A DNA stretch of 64,000 nt from Naegleria gruberi (lineage: Eukaryota). The notes beneath the pieces are model-generated. The model was not told where the DNA came from. It searched no databases and worked only from the letters and a program-made list of their open reading frames with translations. The stretch lies in the NCBI GenBank assembly GCA_000004985.1, contig GG738870.1; one strand, given 5' to 3'. This document shows positions 1 to 10,500 of this stretch, piece after piece (positions within the stretch are counted from its first letter, which is position 1; every line of letters starts with the position of its first letter). Both the position numbers and the translations under genes were made by a program.

Positions 1-363
1 ATCTGAACAGAATGATTTCAAACATAAGTTACAATTGACCATTTGATCCTCTTTACAATCATGAAATGCACAACAATTCTTTACACTCTCAACTTTACAA
101 CCATTTCTAATATGTCTCTCAATGACAATATTATTATCCTCATGTGGGAATCTCTTTGGCACAAGAGCCTGACACAAAGGACAGGTAGGAATGTGAGACT
201 TTTTCAATTCCTCATCAATATTATAAACACACTGATGGGAGGCACATTCACGATGTTCCGAACAAAAATGTTTCTTACAATGAGTACAAGTGAAGGGTAA
301 AAAGTCTTTTTGTCTACAAGTCTCCACACAACAATGTTTGCCAAGGTCAAAGAATTCAGTCAT
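1..363 (-). CDS. AN1-type zinc-finger protein (ZFAND2/AIRAP-like), 3' end beyond window start
   Basis: Reverse-complement translation from the ATG at 363..361 is open for all 121 codons to position 1. It gives MTEFFDLGKHCCVETCRQKDFLPFTCTHCKKHFCSEHRECASHQC... and a second CAFHDCKEDQMVNCNLCLKSFC block. These are two AN1 zinc-finger signatures (C-x2-C-x9-12-C-x2-C-x4-C-x2-H-x5-H-x-C). The ATG context is A-rich. The ORF track does not list it because it runs off the window edge. Confidence 0.7.
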   Translation of the reverse strand, partial: MTEFFDLGKHCCVETCRQKDFLPFTCTHCKKHFCSEHRECASHQCVYNIDEELKKSHIPTCPLCQALVPKRFPHEDNNIVIERHIRNGCKVESVKNCCAFHDCKEDQMVNCNLCLKSFCSD

Positions 364-795
364 TTCTTTTTGTTTTTAAATTCCTGAAAAACAACGCTGT
401 TTGATGTTCTATTAATACATAATTAATTTTCTCAACGTTTCCTTGTTGCCTTACAAGTTGAACAGGTAACAAACATTTAAAAATAGAATTTGTGTTCCAC
501 TTCCGAAACAACAAAAAATGATTTGTGCTAGCGCTATTACACTTCCGAAGTCAATAATTTGTGCGTGCTTGAGTTTTGCATTTGGATTGAATGAGGAGGA
601 ATTGAGAATTGTGGATGGCTTTCATATCGTCTATTGTTTACACTGAATTGTTCAATAAACATTTAAGATATTATTCCTTAAAAGGTTCAAAAAAACATTT
701 ATATTTGAAGAATTGACTTTTTCAATTCTTTCCAATTTCTTATAAATTTACCTTCTCTGCTTCTTTCATAATCCAATAACAAATTTGAAACAAAA

Positions 796-1189
796 ATGAA
801 AAGAACTTGTTTGGTAGCGCTCTTCTTCTTCCTTGGCTTATTATCTTTTGCATTGGGACAATACAATAATGCATATGGAGGTGCCTATGGATACAATGGA
901 GGTGCTGGTAAGTGCTTTTAAGATTTTCGATTAATTGATTCAAAATCATGTAATTTTAATGAGATTAGGTTCAAACTATGGAGTGGCAGGTGGAAATTAC
1001 AATCAATATGCACAAAATACTCAAGCTTATTCTAATCAAATAAGTGCAATTTCCTATAATCCATATAGTAGTTATGGTTCTTATTATAATGGACCATACA
1101 GTTATGGTAATAATTATGGTTCTGCCTATTCAATGCCTTATTATGGAGTCCCATACTATGGAGGATACTATCCATATAGATATTGGTAA
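796..1189 (+). CDS. small secreted Gly/Tyr/Asn-rich protein, 2 exons (796..907, 969..1189)
   Basis: The ATG at 796 gives a signal-peptide-like MKRTCLVALFFFLGLLSFALG. A GTAAGT donor lies at 908 and an AG acceptor ends at 968. Phase 1 joins into the 935..1189 frame, which holds a G/Y/S/N low-complexity repeat (YGGAYGYNGGAG...YYGGYYPYRYW). Confidence 0.55.
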
Positions 1190-1287
1190 ATAATTCGTGA
1201 TTTGAATAAATGTTGTGTGTGAATATTTTGTAAACGATTAAATTCTCAAAAAAAATGCTCAACAAGTAAAGAATAACCAATCGGATC

Positions 1288-2441
1288 ATGCAACAAGACA
1301 AAGATAACAAGAAAGATAATCAACAACCAATTGATTTTCAAAAAATTAGAGAAAAAATTGATGAAATTCCGCAAGATGTTTTCTATCAAGTGAATGATGA
1401 TATTGATGAAGATTTAATTAGGAAAAAAATTGAAAAGGACGCTGAACAAATTGCTAATCAGAAAATTAAATTAATGTTAAAGAAATTGGAGGAAATTCAA
1501 TTTGATTCAATTAAAAAGTATTATAAGGAAAAACCAATTTTAGAAGAGGAAAGAAGAAGAGCAGAGTTGGAAAAACAACAAGAATTATTTTACAAACAAG
1601 AGAGAGAAAGGTTACTAAAACAACAAGAGGAAGAGGAAAAGAAAAAAAATGAAGAGTTGAAGATAAAAAAGGAGAAGGATTTTATGCATTACAAGAATTA
1701 TATTGATAATCTTCATGATGAAATTGGCAGGTTAACAAGTAATATTATTGAAAATCCAACAGCTCCTTCGCTGATTGACCTGTATGATAAAAAGAATGAT
1801 CACCCCTTTACTGCCCAAATACTGCATCAATTTGAAATGGAAGGAATTATTGAAAATCCTACACTCAAACAAGAGCAGGATGATGATAGTATAATCAACT
1901 CTAGATTTGCTGAACAAAAAAGAAGAGAGGCAATGTTATTGAACCATTCTGAAGAAACTGCCCAAAAGAAGGAAGAAAGAGAAATTGATCTTAATCCTCT
2001 CAAGCAGACTTTGTAAGTTTTCAATTTTACAAATTTAATATTGAAAATTATTTCAGAAGCAAGTATGGCATTAAGGGTTTGAACGAATATTTAGATAAGA
2101 CAATTGAAGAGAAAACCAGAGCGTTCAAATTAGCAGAAGAAGAAATGCGAATGAATGAACTTCTTTTCATATTGAACATGTTGAAGGGTGGAAAAAAATT
2201 GAATAAGAATTGGATTTCACAAGTTTCTTCAAATAGTGAAACATGGATAGAATTCTTTTCTAAAAATTATCAATCCAAAGAGGAGAAATTAATTTCTACA
2301 AATCTAGTGCCAGAACAAGATCAAACGATATTGAGTCAGGAGCAACTAGCGTCCCAAAAAGAAAAAAGAATGTACCAATTCAATAACCCCCTATTCACAG
2401 AGGAGAGCGTGACTAATTTTGTTAGGGCTTCAAAATTATAA
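1288..2441 (+). CDS. charged coiled-coil protein of unknown function, 2 exons (1288..2012, 2057..2441)
   Basis: ORF 1288..2016 is E/K/Q-rich coiled-coil. A GTAAGT donor lies at 2013 and a tttcAG acceptor ends at 2056. Phase 2 joins exactly into the 2079..2441 frame. Total length is 1110 nt, or 370 codons. Confidence 0.55.
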
Positions 2442-2495
2442 AGGAAAGTGTATTAAGAAAACCATACCATTGATGCATCAATTATCTCAATATGA

Positions 2496-2566
2496 AGGGA
2501 GATAGTTCAGTGGTAGAACATGGGATTGTGGTTCCTAAGATCAGGGTTCGATTCCCTGTCTTCCTA
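2496..2566 (+). tRNA. tRNA-His (anticodon GTG)
   Basis: A cloverleaf can be folded by eye: acceptor AGGGAGA/TCTTCCT, D arm GTTC-AGTGGTA-GAAC, anticodon stem TGGGA/TCCTA with loop TTGTGGT (GTG), and T arm CAGGG-TTCGATT-CCCTG. The discriminator is A and there is no encoded G-1. An oligo-T Pol III terminator follows at 2571..2575. Confidence 0.8.
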
Positions 2567-3461
2567 CACCTTTTTAACAGCGTAATTTTGAATATGGTTG
2601 GTAAATAAGATTTGCTTGAATACTTAGTTGCGTCTAGACTACATTAACCACAAATTGTTTTTATTGGTCCAAAATCAAGTTTGACTAATCTTTATAATAA
2701 ATTCACAGATACTGTAACTCATTCCTATCTTGATTCTTCAGAATTAGTAAATATAGGTTCTCTCTTATTGTACTTTATATTAATTAGATTGTAAAATGAG
2801 ATAAAACAATTTTGCCAATTTTCTTTCTTCATTGACTAGGATTACTCGTCTGTTACGTTATTAATAAAATTTAGACCAATAACGGTTCCAAACTAATTAA
2901 CTATCTGAATACATGTTCCTTTTATCTGCATAGACCTATAGCCAATGAATATATCAAACAACTAACAAACGAAGACCTTAACATCTCCATTCTAATCCAA
3001 CTCAAATTGTTGAATGCTTCAAAAAAGAACAACTTGAAAAGATAACAGTAACAAAACAACTACTTGATGTTTAACCTTTTCATTGTAAAGTCTTTCATCA
3101 AACAACAAATAGATGTGAAAGTTGATAATCAACAATCAATACCTCACTTTTTTTTAAAATTCTTTAGTGGTGATTTTTTAAAATATCCAAAAATGAACCC
3201 GATTAACCGCTTGTGGCCTCTATCAAATTTTTTAGGCGCCATCTCGAACAAATAAGTCACTGACAAAGGAGGTTGTGCCATCAAATTCGCCTTATAAAGC
3301 TCTTATTAAGTTTGTTAGAATTTGTTGAGGTAAAATTTGATTCTTTAGTTTGATCCAAGAAGCTTGTTGAAGTACGTCCCCGTTGTTGTAATTCACTATA
3401 AAACGCTACTGGTTAGCTTCTAAAAAAAAGCACACAACAACAACAAATATAAACCTTAACA

Positions 3462-4439
3462 ATGCACAACAACTCTATTCACGAATATTTCCACGGTGTT
3501 CAATTGGCCGAATTGATTCCTGCTGGTCAAAAGCTCGTCGTCTTGAAGGAAGATGAAACCCTCCAAGAAGTTGTTAATCAATTGTCTACCCACCATCTCT
3601 TGGCTGCTCCCGTTGTTGATAAGCAAGGAAAGTTGGTCGGTATGCTCTCAATGCTCGACATTGTTCAATTCATTGTTGCTTCCTCACCAGAAAATGTTGA
3701 TTTCAAGAATTGGCAAGAACTCGAAATCTCAGGAAGATGTATTAACTTGCAAACTGTTAAGCACGTTATGGGATTCTCTGCTAGAGATCAATACATGCCA
3801 TTGAAGAGCAATCTCCCAGCCACTATGGCTATTGAATTGTTCGCCAAGGGTGTCCACAGAGCTATTGTAGAAGAAGACGTCACCACTGATAAATATATTG
3901 GTACTTTGTCTCAAACTGATATCCTCAAGAGATTGGCTGAACACCTCCACATGGGTAAGATGAAGCAATTGGGTGAACAATTGGTTAAGGATTTAGGTTT
4001 GGGTTTGGCTAAGCCAGTTACCATTGACGGAAGTGAAAATGTTTTGCACGCCATGAAGGAATTGGCTAAGGCTAATGTTTCTGCTCTCCCAGTTGTTGAT
4101 CACCACGGTCACTTAGTTGGTAACTTCTCTGCTTCCGATTTGAGAGGTTTCTACTTGGACAGAATTCCACACTTTGAACTTACCACTCGTACCTTCTTGG
4201 AAAAGTACTCACCAAAGTCTTTGGTTCCATTCTTTGTTGAATTGGATGGTTTGAAGTTTGTTGATTTGGTCAAGAAGTTGACTCACCCAGAAATTCATGA
4301 TGTTATCCACTCTCAAACTGTTAAGGTTGACCATTCCATGCACAGAGTTTGGGTTGTTTCTGATGAAAGAAAGGTTGTTGGTGTTATCACTCTCACTGAT
4401 ATCATGAAGGTTATTATTGACCATGTTGAAATGGACTAA
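3462..4439 (+). CDS. CBS-domain protein, AMPK gamma/SNF4-like (four CBS pairs)
   Basis: The 325-aa single exon carries the motif LIPAGQKLVVL...AAPVVDKQGKLVGMLSMLDIV and a later ALPVVDHHGHLVGNFSASDL. This matches the AMPK-gamma pattern LIPxxxKLVVxxxxL...AAPLWD...FVGMLTITD. Third codon positions are unusually C/G-rich (ctc, gtc, aag, ttc), which suggests high expression. Confidence 0.55.
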   Translation: MHNNSIHEYFHGVQLAELIPAGQKLVVLKEDETLQEVVNQLSTHHLLAAPVVDKQGKLVGMLSMLDIVQFIVASSPENVDFKNWQELEISGRCINLQTVKHVMGFSARDQYMPLKSNLPATMAIELFAKGVHRAIVEEDVTTDKYIGTLSQTDILKRLAEHLHMGKMKQLGEQLVKDLGLGLAKPVTIDGSENVLHAMKELAKANVSALPVVDHHGHLVGNFSASDLRGFYLDRIPHFELTTRTFLEKYSPKSLVPFFVELDGLKFVDLVKKLTHPEIHDVIHSQTVKVDHSMHRVWVVSDERKVVGVITLTDIMKVIIDHVEMD

Positions 4440-4582
4440 ATTAATTATTCTAACTTATTGGTGGAATTTATTTTACTAAATTATCGAGAAATTTTACCTT
4501 AATAAAAATAAAAAAAATTCATAAAATAGTAATTTGGAACAAATTTTGCAGAGCTGGTTGATACAAGTTTTTGATTTGACAT

Positions 4583-6142
4583 TTAATGTACTAACTGTAT
4601 TTTAAATTTCACAATTCCATCATAATCAATATTGACCAGTTTGATTCTCAATTTCTTTTCTCCAATTCTATGATAGAAAATTCTATCCTCAAACAATTCT
4701 ACAGATGGACTAATTTCTCCAAATAATTGAAGAACTCTATTGGATGCATCCTTTCTTACTTGTATGTCAGCTTCAATGCTTTCAAACACCTGATCACATC
4801 CGGCAGCCAATACTTCTAAAGTAACATTTTTTAGATGAGGAATACCTTCGAATAGTTGTGTGAGAGTAAGCTCTTCTAATTCAGAGTCAAGAAGGTACAA
4901 AGTTTCAAGATTTGGAAACTTTTTGTTTGCCAATTCAACAAATCCTTGCTCAACATTTTCATCATTGTCCCGTTCTTCCTCTTCTTGATGTTCCTCGTCC
5001 TCAGCTTCATTCTTAATGTAGCCAAATCTTGCCCATGTTAATCCTTTAAGTTTAGGGAATAATTCTTTTAAAACTCCATCATCATCACAGCCACTAAACT
5101 CATCAAAATTGAAATCAAACTTTTTAAGTTTTGTCAACTTGTCAAGATCTAATAAGTGTTCACCATAAGGTAACCCGTCAAATAGGTTAAGAGACTCAAG
5201 GCTATGTAGTTGATTAGTAATAATTGGAAGATTATCTGATTCATTCAAATAACGCTCTCCAAAAGTGAGGTCACTAAGTTTTTTACAATGTTCTACAAGT
5301 CCTAAAAACACAGCATTTTCATATGCCATGCAATATCCCATTTTCAACTTTCTCAAATTTGGTGCATGCTTGAATAAACTCACTAGTGTAGTAGAACTAA
5401 ATGATTCATTTCCACTAACAACATCAAAATATTCCAAATTTTCTAGAATAGGGAAAGAATCTCCAATTTCATATTCGCCTAAATCAATTCTAAGTTTCTT
5501 TAATTTGGGCATGCCAGTAAAAATACAATCTAAAATCTTGTTTGGAAATAGACTACCAAAGATTAATATTTCCAATTCTTTCAATCTAGAGATCCATTCA
5601 GTAAAAACATCCAATTGTTCTTCATCCCTTAAAAAAACAATAAATGAATTTGCCAATCTCAATTCTTTCAACCCATCAAAAACACCAGAACTAATACATC
5701 TCTTGAAAAATTCACTTGTTAATTCGAAACTCAATGACTCATTATATTCATCAATAGAGCCCAAATGCAAAACTTTACATCCATTCTTTGGTGAAACATT
5801 GATAATGTAATCGAGCAATCTATTCAAATAATCCCTATCGAACTTTCTAATTTTGAGAAAGGAACTTGTAGGATACCCATCTTTCACTGCAATGCTAACT
5901 CTTTCATAAACTAAACTCTTTCCTTCACCACCTCCCAAAATATTGTAAAACATTTTACAAACTGGCATTACATTTGGCAGCAATTCCCTAGTTGCTTCAA
6001 GATATGTAAACACATGAGCCCAAACATCAGAAACAATCCTTCCAACAGGTTCATGATTAGATTTCAACATGATCAACGATTCCGACTTGTAAGTTTTGCT
6101 GATCTTGTTATTTTCTTCAATAGTTTCAAGTTGTCGTTTCAT
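4583..6142 (-). CDS. F-box-like/leucine-rich-repeat protein
   Basis: The 519-aa ORF has an N-terminal F-box-like stretch (DVWAHVFTYLEATRELLPNVMPVCKMFYNIL). Many LxxLxLxxN-type LRR units follow (LKELRLANSF, LKKLRIDLGEYEIGDSFPILENLEYFDV...). Confidence 0.5.
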   Translation of the reverse strand: MKRQLETIEENNKISKTYKSESLIMLKSNHEPVGRIVSDVWAHVFTYLEATRELLPNVMPVCKMFYNILGGGEGKSLVYERVSIAVKDGYPTSSFLKIRKFDRDYLNRLLDYIINVSPKNGCKVLHLGSIDEYNESLSFELTSEFFKRCISSGVFDGLKELRLANSFIVFLRDEEQLDVFTEWISRLKELEILIFGSLFPNKILDCIFTGMPKLKKLRIDLGEYEIGDSFPILENLEYFDVVSGNESFSSTTLVSLFKHAPNLRKLKMGYCMAYENAVFLGLVEHCKKLSDLTFGERYLNESDNLPIITNQLHSLESLNLFDGLPYGEHLLDLDKLTKLKKFDFNFDEFSGCDDDGVLKELFPKLKGLTWARFGYIKNEAEDEEHQEEEERDNDENVEQGFVELANKKFPNLETLYLLDSELEELTLTQLFEGIPHLKNVTLEVLAAGCDQVFESIEADIQVRKDASNRVLQLFGEISPSVELFEDRIFYHRIGEKKLRIKLVNIDYDGIVKFKIQLVH

Positions 6143-6171
6143 TTTTTTTGGGTTTGTGTTTTCAAAATAAT

Positions 6172-6183
6172 TTTGGCGCCAAA
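6172..6183. promoter_or_regulatory. palindromic E2F-like element TTTGGCGCCAAA in a divergent promoter
   Basis: An exact TTTGGCGCCAAA lies 29 bp upstream of the F-box/LRR ATG (6142, minus) and about 200 bp upstream of the plus-strand gene at 6385. The motif is two overlapping inverted TTTSGCGC E2F half-sites, as in the DHFR TTTCGCGCCAAA element. Confidence 0.45.
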
Positions 6184-6384
6184 CAATAAAACTAACTCCG
6201 ACGGTAAACTGATTTTAACGTGTTACCTCTTGGAGTAATCCAATTATTCAATGATTTTCAAAGAACATAACACTTGAAAGTGTTGAAATTGGAATCAAAT
6301 GGCTCATCATACAACTGTGTTATTGTAAAGTATTACCACACAAAGAAGCTCTTCAATTTTGATATTTAATTTTTAATCAAAAAA

Positions 6385-7176
6385 ATGTCTCGTAGCTGCC
6401 ACACACGTCTCGCCCACAAACAAATGCTCAACGATTTGATCGACGATATAAAAAACGTTTTCGAAAGTGATTTAATTGTACAAGTTAGCGAAGCTCTTGG
6501 AGGTGCTCTATTTTTCTATCTCGATAAAAAGAATTCTAAATTTCACCTCTCACTATCCTATTCCTTCTCTGGTATGCAAAAATTTCATGTCTTTTCCTTC
6601 CAAGTAATTCACAAAAATGTACAGGATAGACAATTAGTAATTTCTATTCATTTACAAAAAGGAAAAAATATTTCAGAGCAGTCAACTCTGTTTATTGGAA
6701 GAGGAGAAAAGAATTCTAAAAAGATTTATCTAGTTAAGATTGAACCTTCTTTTAGTAGTTTGTCGTTGGCTAAATTGAATAAGAAACTTTTCACACCATT
6801 CGGAAGAAAGAGGAAATTGGATGCTTTTGATAATGTGAAAGCTAAATTCCTAATGATTAACATGAATCTTTTTCTTGTGGAGGAGGAAAATCATGCTATA
6901 CAGGAGGAATGCACATATATTATGAATAATCACTGGGGATACTGTGGTCTAAATGATTTATATTCATATTCAAGTCTACAATTCCAATATTGTGTTTTTA
7001 ATAGAGAAAATTACTATGTGAAAGGTAGTGTCACTAAATCTGTAGATGGTCATAAGAGATTTGGTTTTAACAAAATACCTTCCACAGCAAAATGTGATCG
7101 ATGGAGAAGATTGGTAAAGCCAGAGAATGATTCGGAAACTAGATGGACTAAATCTGTTGGATTTTATTGCGAATGA
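6385..7176 (+). CDS. hypothetical protein, weak THAP-like C-terminal motif
   Basis: The 263-aa ORF has a C-terminal HKRFGFNKIPSTAKCDRWRRLV that recalls THAP FHRFP...RW. The canonical N-terminal CxxC is missing, so the function call is speculative. Confidence 0.3.
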   Translation: MSRSCHTRLAHKQMLNDLIDDIKNVFESDLIVQVSEALGGALFFYLDKKNSKFHLSLSYSFSGMQKFHVFSFQVIHKNVQDRQLVISIHLQKGKNISEQSTLFIGRGEKNSKKIYLVKIEPSFSSLSLAKLNKKLFTPFGRKRKLDAFDNVKAKFLMINMNLFLVEEENHAIQEECTYIMNNHWGYCGLNDLYSYSSLQFQYCVFNRENYYVKGSVTKSVDGHKRFGFNKIPSTAKCDRWRRLVKPENDSETRWTKSVGFYCE

Positions 7177-7323
7177 ATTTTCATTTCAATTTCTCTTGAG
7201 AAATATGTGGCAGAAGTTACATAAAGATTGTCCTTATAATAAAAATCGAGTGGACAGAGAGAAGTGCCACACTTTGTGGTTAATGTAGTCTTGATCTTAT
7301 TTACCAAGCTGTCAAAAAAGGTG

Positions 7324-7394
7324 TAGGAAGACAGGGAATCGAACCCTGATCTTAGGAACCACAATCCCATGTTCTACCACTGAACTATCTCCCT
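7324..7394 (-). tRNA. tRNA-His (anticodon GTG), second identical copy in inverted orientation
   Basis: The reverse complement of 7324..7394 is base-for-base identical to the tRNA at 2496..2566. Immediate flanks are also similar (atgaaggg upstream, cacc plus T-run downstream). Confidence 0.8.
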
Positions 7395-7555
7395 TCATGT
7401 TATAGAGAATCCAAGCCAAGCATTGATGATAATAAAATAATGATTAAAAATAGATTCGAAAAAAATTATTCATACAAGACGAAGATCACATACAAAAAAT
7501 TACCGTCATCAAGATAATATTTAGGGCTGAATAATTATTAACTTAAATTTTAACA

Positions 7556-10500
7556 ATGCCCTATAACACTAGACATCATTCTACTCCACGTGGATCATAT
7601 TCCAAATTTTTTGATGATGCTGAAGAGGAAGAAGAAGAAGAAGAAGAAGCCCAAACTAGAAAGGTAGGTTTTATACAATTACTCTTTGACCATATATCAA
7701 ACATATCAATAGCCTCCGACAAGGAGAACAAGTACAAGGTCAAGTCATAGAAATTCATCAAGTGATAGTGAGGAAATAGATGATCTGACATCTAAACGAT
7801 CAACAAGACAAAATAAACCAAGACATAACAGAATAGAACAGGAAGAACCTGAGGATGAGTATTCCGAAAGTATTGCTTCTTCAAGACCAAAAAGAACACC
7901 AAAAAAAACAACATATACTGATTTTTATACGGAAGACTATGATGAAAATTCGGATAAGGAAACTCCAAAATCATCAAGGAAAAAAGCACCAGCAAGAAGA
8001 ACAACTGGCACTAAAGTACAAATTAAAAGGGAATTAATTGAAGCACATACTAGTGAAATCCCGAATCCAACAATTGTACAACAGCCATCCGAACAAGTTG
8101 AAACATCAGTAATAACTTCTGGTGTTATTGATGACGTATTTAAAGATATTATTCCAAATAATCAACCTATCACTACTGAACAAAACAGTATACCAACTAT
8201 GGAATTTCCAACTAGTACCGTACCACCAAGTAATATGGAATTTGATACATCACTCAACAGAAGCCAAAGTGCTATTTCAGAGCAAAGTGATGATCATAAA
8301 GGCAAAAAAAGAAAAAAGAATGAGGAGGATGAGGATTTCGTTATGGATGATGATGAACCAGAGGAGGAAGAAGCCATTGAAGTATCTGATGAAGCTTTAT
8401 CAGATGCTATTTCTTCCAATGATGAATTAGAAATGAGACCAACAAGAAGTAGAAAAAAGCCAAAATTTATTGTGGATGATGATGAGGAATTGGAAGAAAC
8501 AGAAACACCAAAAGAGAATGGAAAGGATATTAAAAAGAGATTAAGGCCAAGAACCCAAGCTCAACTTAATCCTTATAGCCACCCTATTCCAAATATTGAC
8601 AATATTGAAATTCCATCAAAGAGTACTATGATAAAGGAACAACAAGAACTCTTGGCACCTTTAGATTCCTTAACATTCCAATTTTCAGAGTCTGAATCAG
8701 AATCTGACAACGATGAAACAGGTTTGGTCAATCCAGCATTTGGTAAGAAAGGAGAATATGATCACATTAAGCCAATCAATATTGAACAACTTAAAAAGAA
8801 ACCATCTGCTGATATTGATCCAGTTTTTTCCAAACCTGTTGGATTTGACATGGTTGGTGGTCTTCATAAGCACATTAATGCATTGAAAGAAATGGTAGTA
8901 TTACCCCTTTTATATCCAGAAGTATTTAACAAATTTGATATTACTCCTCCAAGAGGTGTCATATTTTATGGTCCACCTGGTACGGTAAGTTTTGAAATCA
9001 GATATATTGTAATATTAACAACTAATTTTAGGGTAAAACACTTGTTGCTAGAGCTCTTGCTAGCACCTGTGGTACTGGAACAGATGGAAACAAACCTATT
9101 GCCTTCTTTATGCGTAAAGGTGCTGATATCCTCAGTAAATGGGTTGGTGAAGCTGAAAAACAATTAAGACTTTTGTTTGATGAAGCAAAGAGACTTCAAC
9201 CTTCCATTATTTTCTTTGATGAAATCGATGGTTTAGCACCAGTAAGATCATCAAAACAAGATTACATTCACAGCTCAATTGTATCAACTCTTCTTGCACT
9301 TATGGATGGTTTAGATAGTAGAGGTCAAGTCGTGGTAATCGGAGCCACTAATAGAATAGACTCTATTGATCCAGCTCTTAGAAGACCAGGAAGATTTGAC
9401 AGAGAGTTACTGTTTACTCTTCCTTCTAAAAAAGCAAGAAAAGAAATTTTACAAATTCATACTAAGAATTGGGTACCTCAAATACCAGACGATCTGAAAA
9501 ATTACATTTCTCTAAAATCTGTTGGATATTGTGGAGCTGACATTAAAGCACTCTGTGCTGAATCTGCTCTTAACGCTCTTAAAAGATCCTACCCACAAGT
9601 TTATACCAGTCAATCAAGATTAGTTCTTGAGCTTGATACAGTAGAAGTTACGAAGGTAGATTTCCTAAGAGCAATGAAATCAATAGTACCAGCATCACAT
9701 AGAAATGCCGTAATTCATGCATCTCCTCTTCCAACTCAACTTGCTCCTTGCCTAAGCCAAAAATTAGAAATGGTTTTGAGAATATGTACAGATGCCTTCC
9801 CATTATGTATCAAAACCCTAGAGGATAAAGTTGATAATGAAGACCTCGTAATAGAAACTGGTCCAATTTTGGATGATTTTGAAGGAGTAGATGAAAAAAC
9901 ATTTGAAAGCAATTCAAACGATTTCTTTATCAATCCTCCAACATTCAGACCTTGGGTCTTGATTCACGGACAAAAAGGAATGGGTCAAAATCTTATTGCA
10001 AGTGCAGTTTTGTATAGTTTAGAAGAGTTCCCATTGTTCTCCCTAAGATATGAAAACCTTATTTCGAATACCTCATCTAGGAGCGAAATTGAAGCAATTA
10101 TTAATATTATTGCCGACTCTAGAAAGAATTCACCATCTATCCTTTGGCTTCCTAATCTTGATGAGTGGTTTGAAAAGAGTACAGATTTAATGAAATCTAC
10201 TTTGATTTCACTCCTCAATGAGATACCCTCCTCTGTATATGTGTTCGTCCTTGCTACTTGTAACTACTCTTCTGAAGAATTACCACAAGAATTCACTGAA
10301 TTATTTGCTGATTATAGATTTGAAGTTAGCTCACCATCCAAAGACGAAAGAGTTGAAATGTTCAAACCTATTCTTGCTGATATTGTTAGATCTCCACTTA
10401 AGAAAACAAAGGTTAAGAAAGTTTATCCAACTTTACGTTTGGCTCCTCCAAAAGAACAAAAATCCTCAGAAATCGAGCCAAGCAAAGAAAAGAAATTGCA

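Noticed and set aside
1032-1310. 92-aa minus ORF overlapping the Gly/Tyr-rich secreted gene
   Set aside because: It is an antisense artefact of the Y/G/N-rich repeat. The plus strand has a signal peptide and a clean intron.
3064-3255. 63-aa plus ORF in the 900-bp gene-free stretch downstream of tRNA-His
   Set aside because: It is short, has no motif, and overlaps the weak GGCGCC variant. It is more likely the 5' regulatory region of the CBS gene.
3553-3980. ORFs 3553..3804 (+) and 3729..3980 (−) inside the CBS gene
   Set aside because: They are alternative-frame or antisense ORFs fully embedded in a well-supported CDS, with no start context and no conserved motif.
5265-5810. 181-aa plus-strand ORF opposite the F-box/LRR gene
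   Set aside because: It is the antisense frame of a repeat-rich LRR CDS and its composition is low-complexity. It is unlikely to be coding.
7576-7791. 71-aa minus ORF with a poly-Ser run
   Set aside because: It is the reverse complement of the (GAA)n poly-Glu microsatellite in ATAD2-like exon 1.
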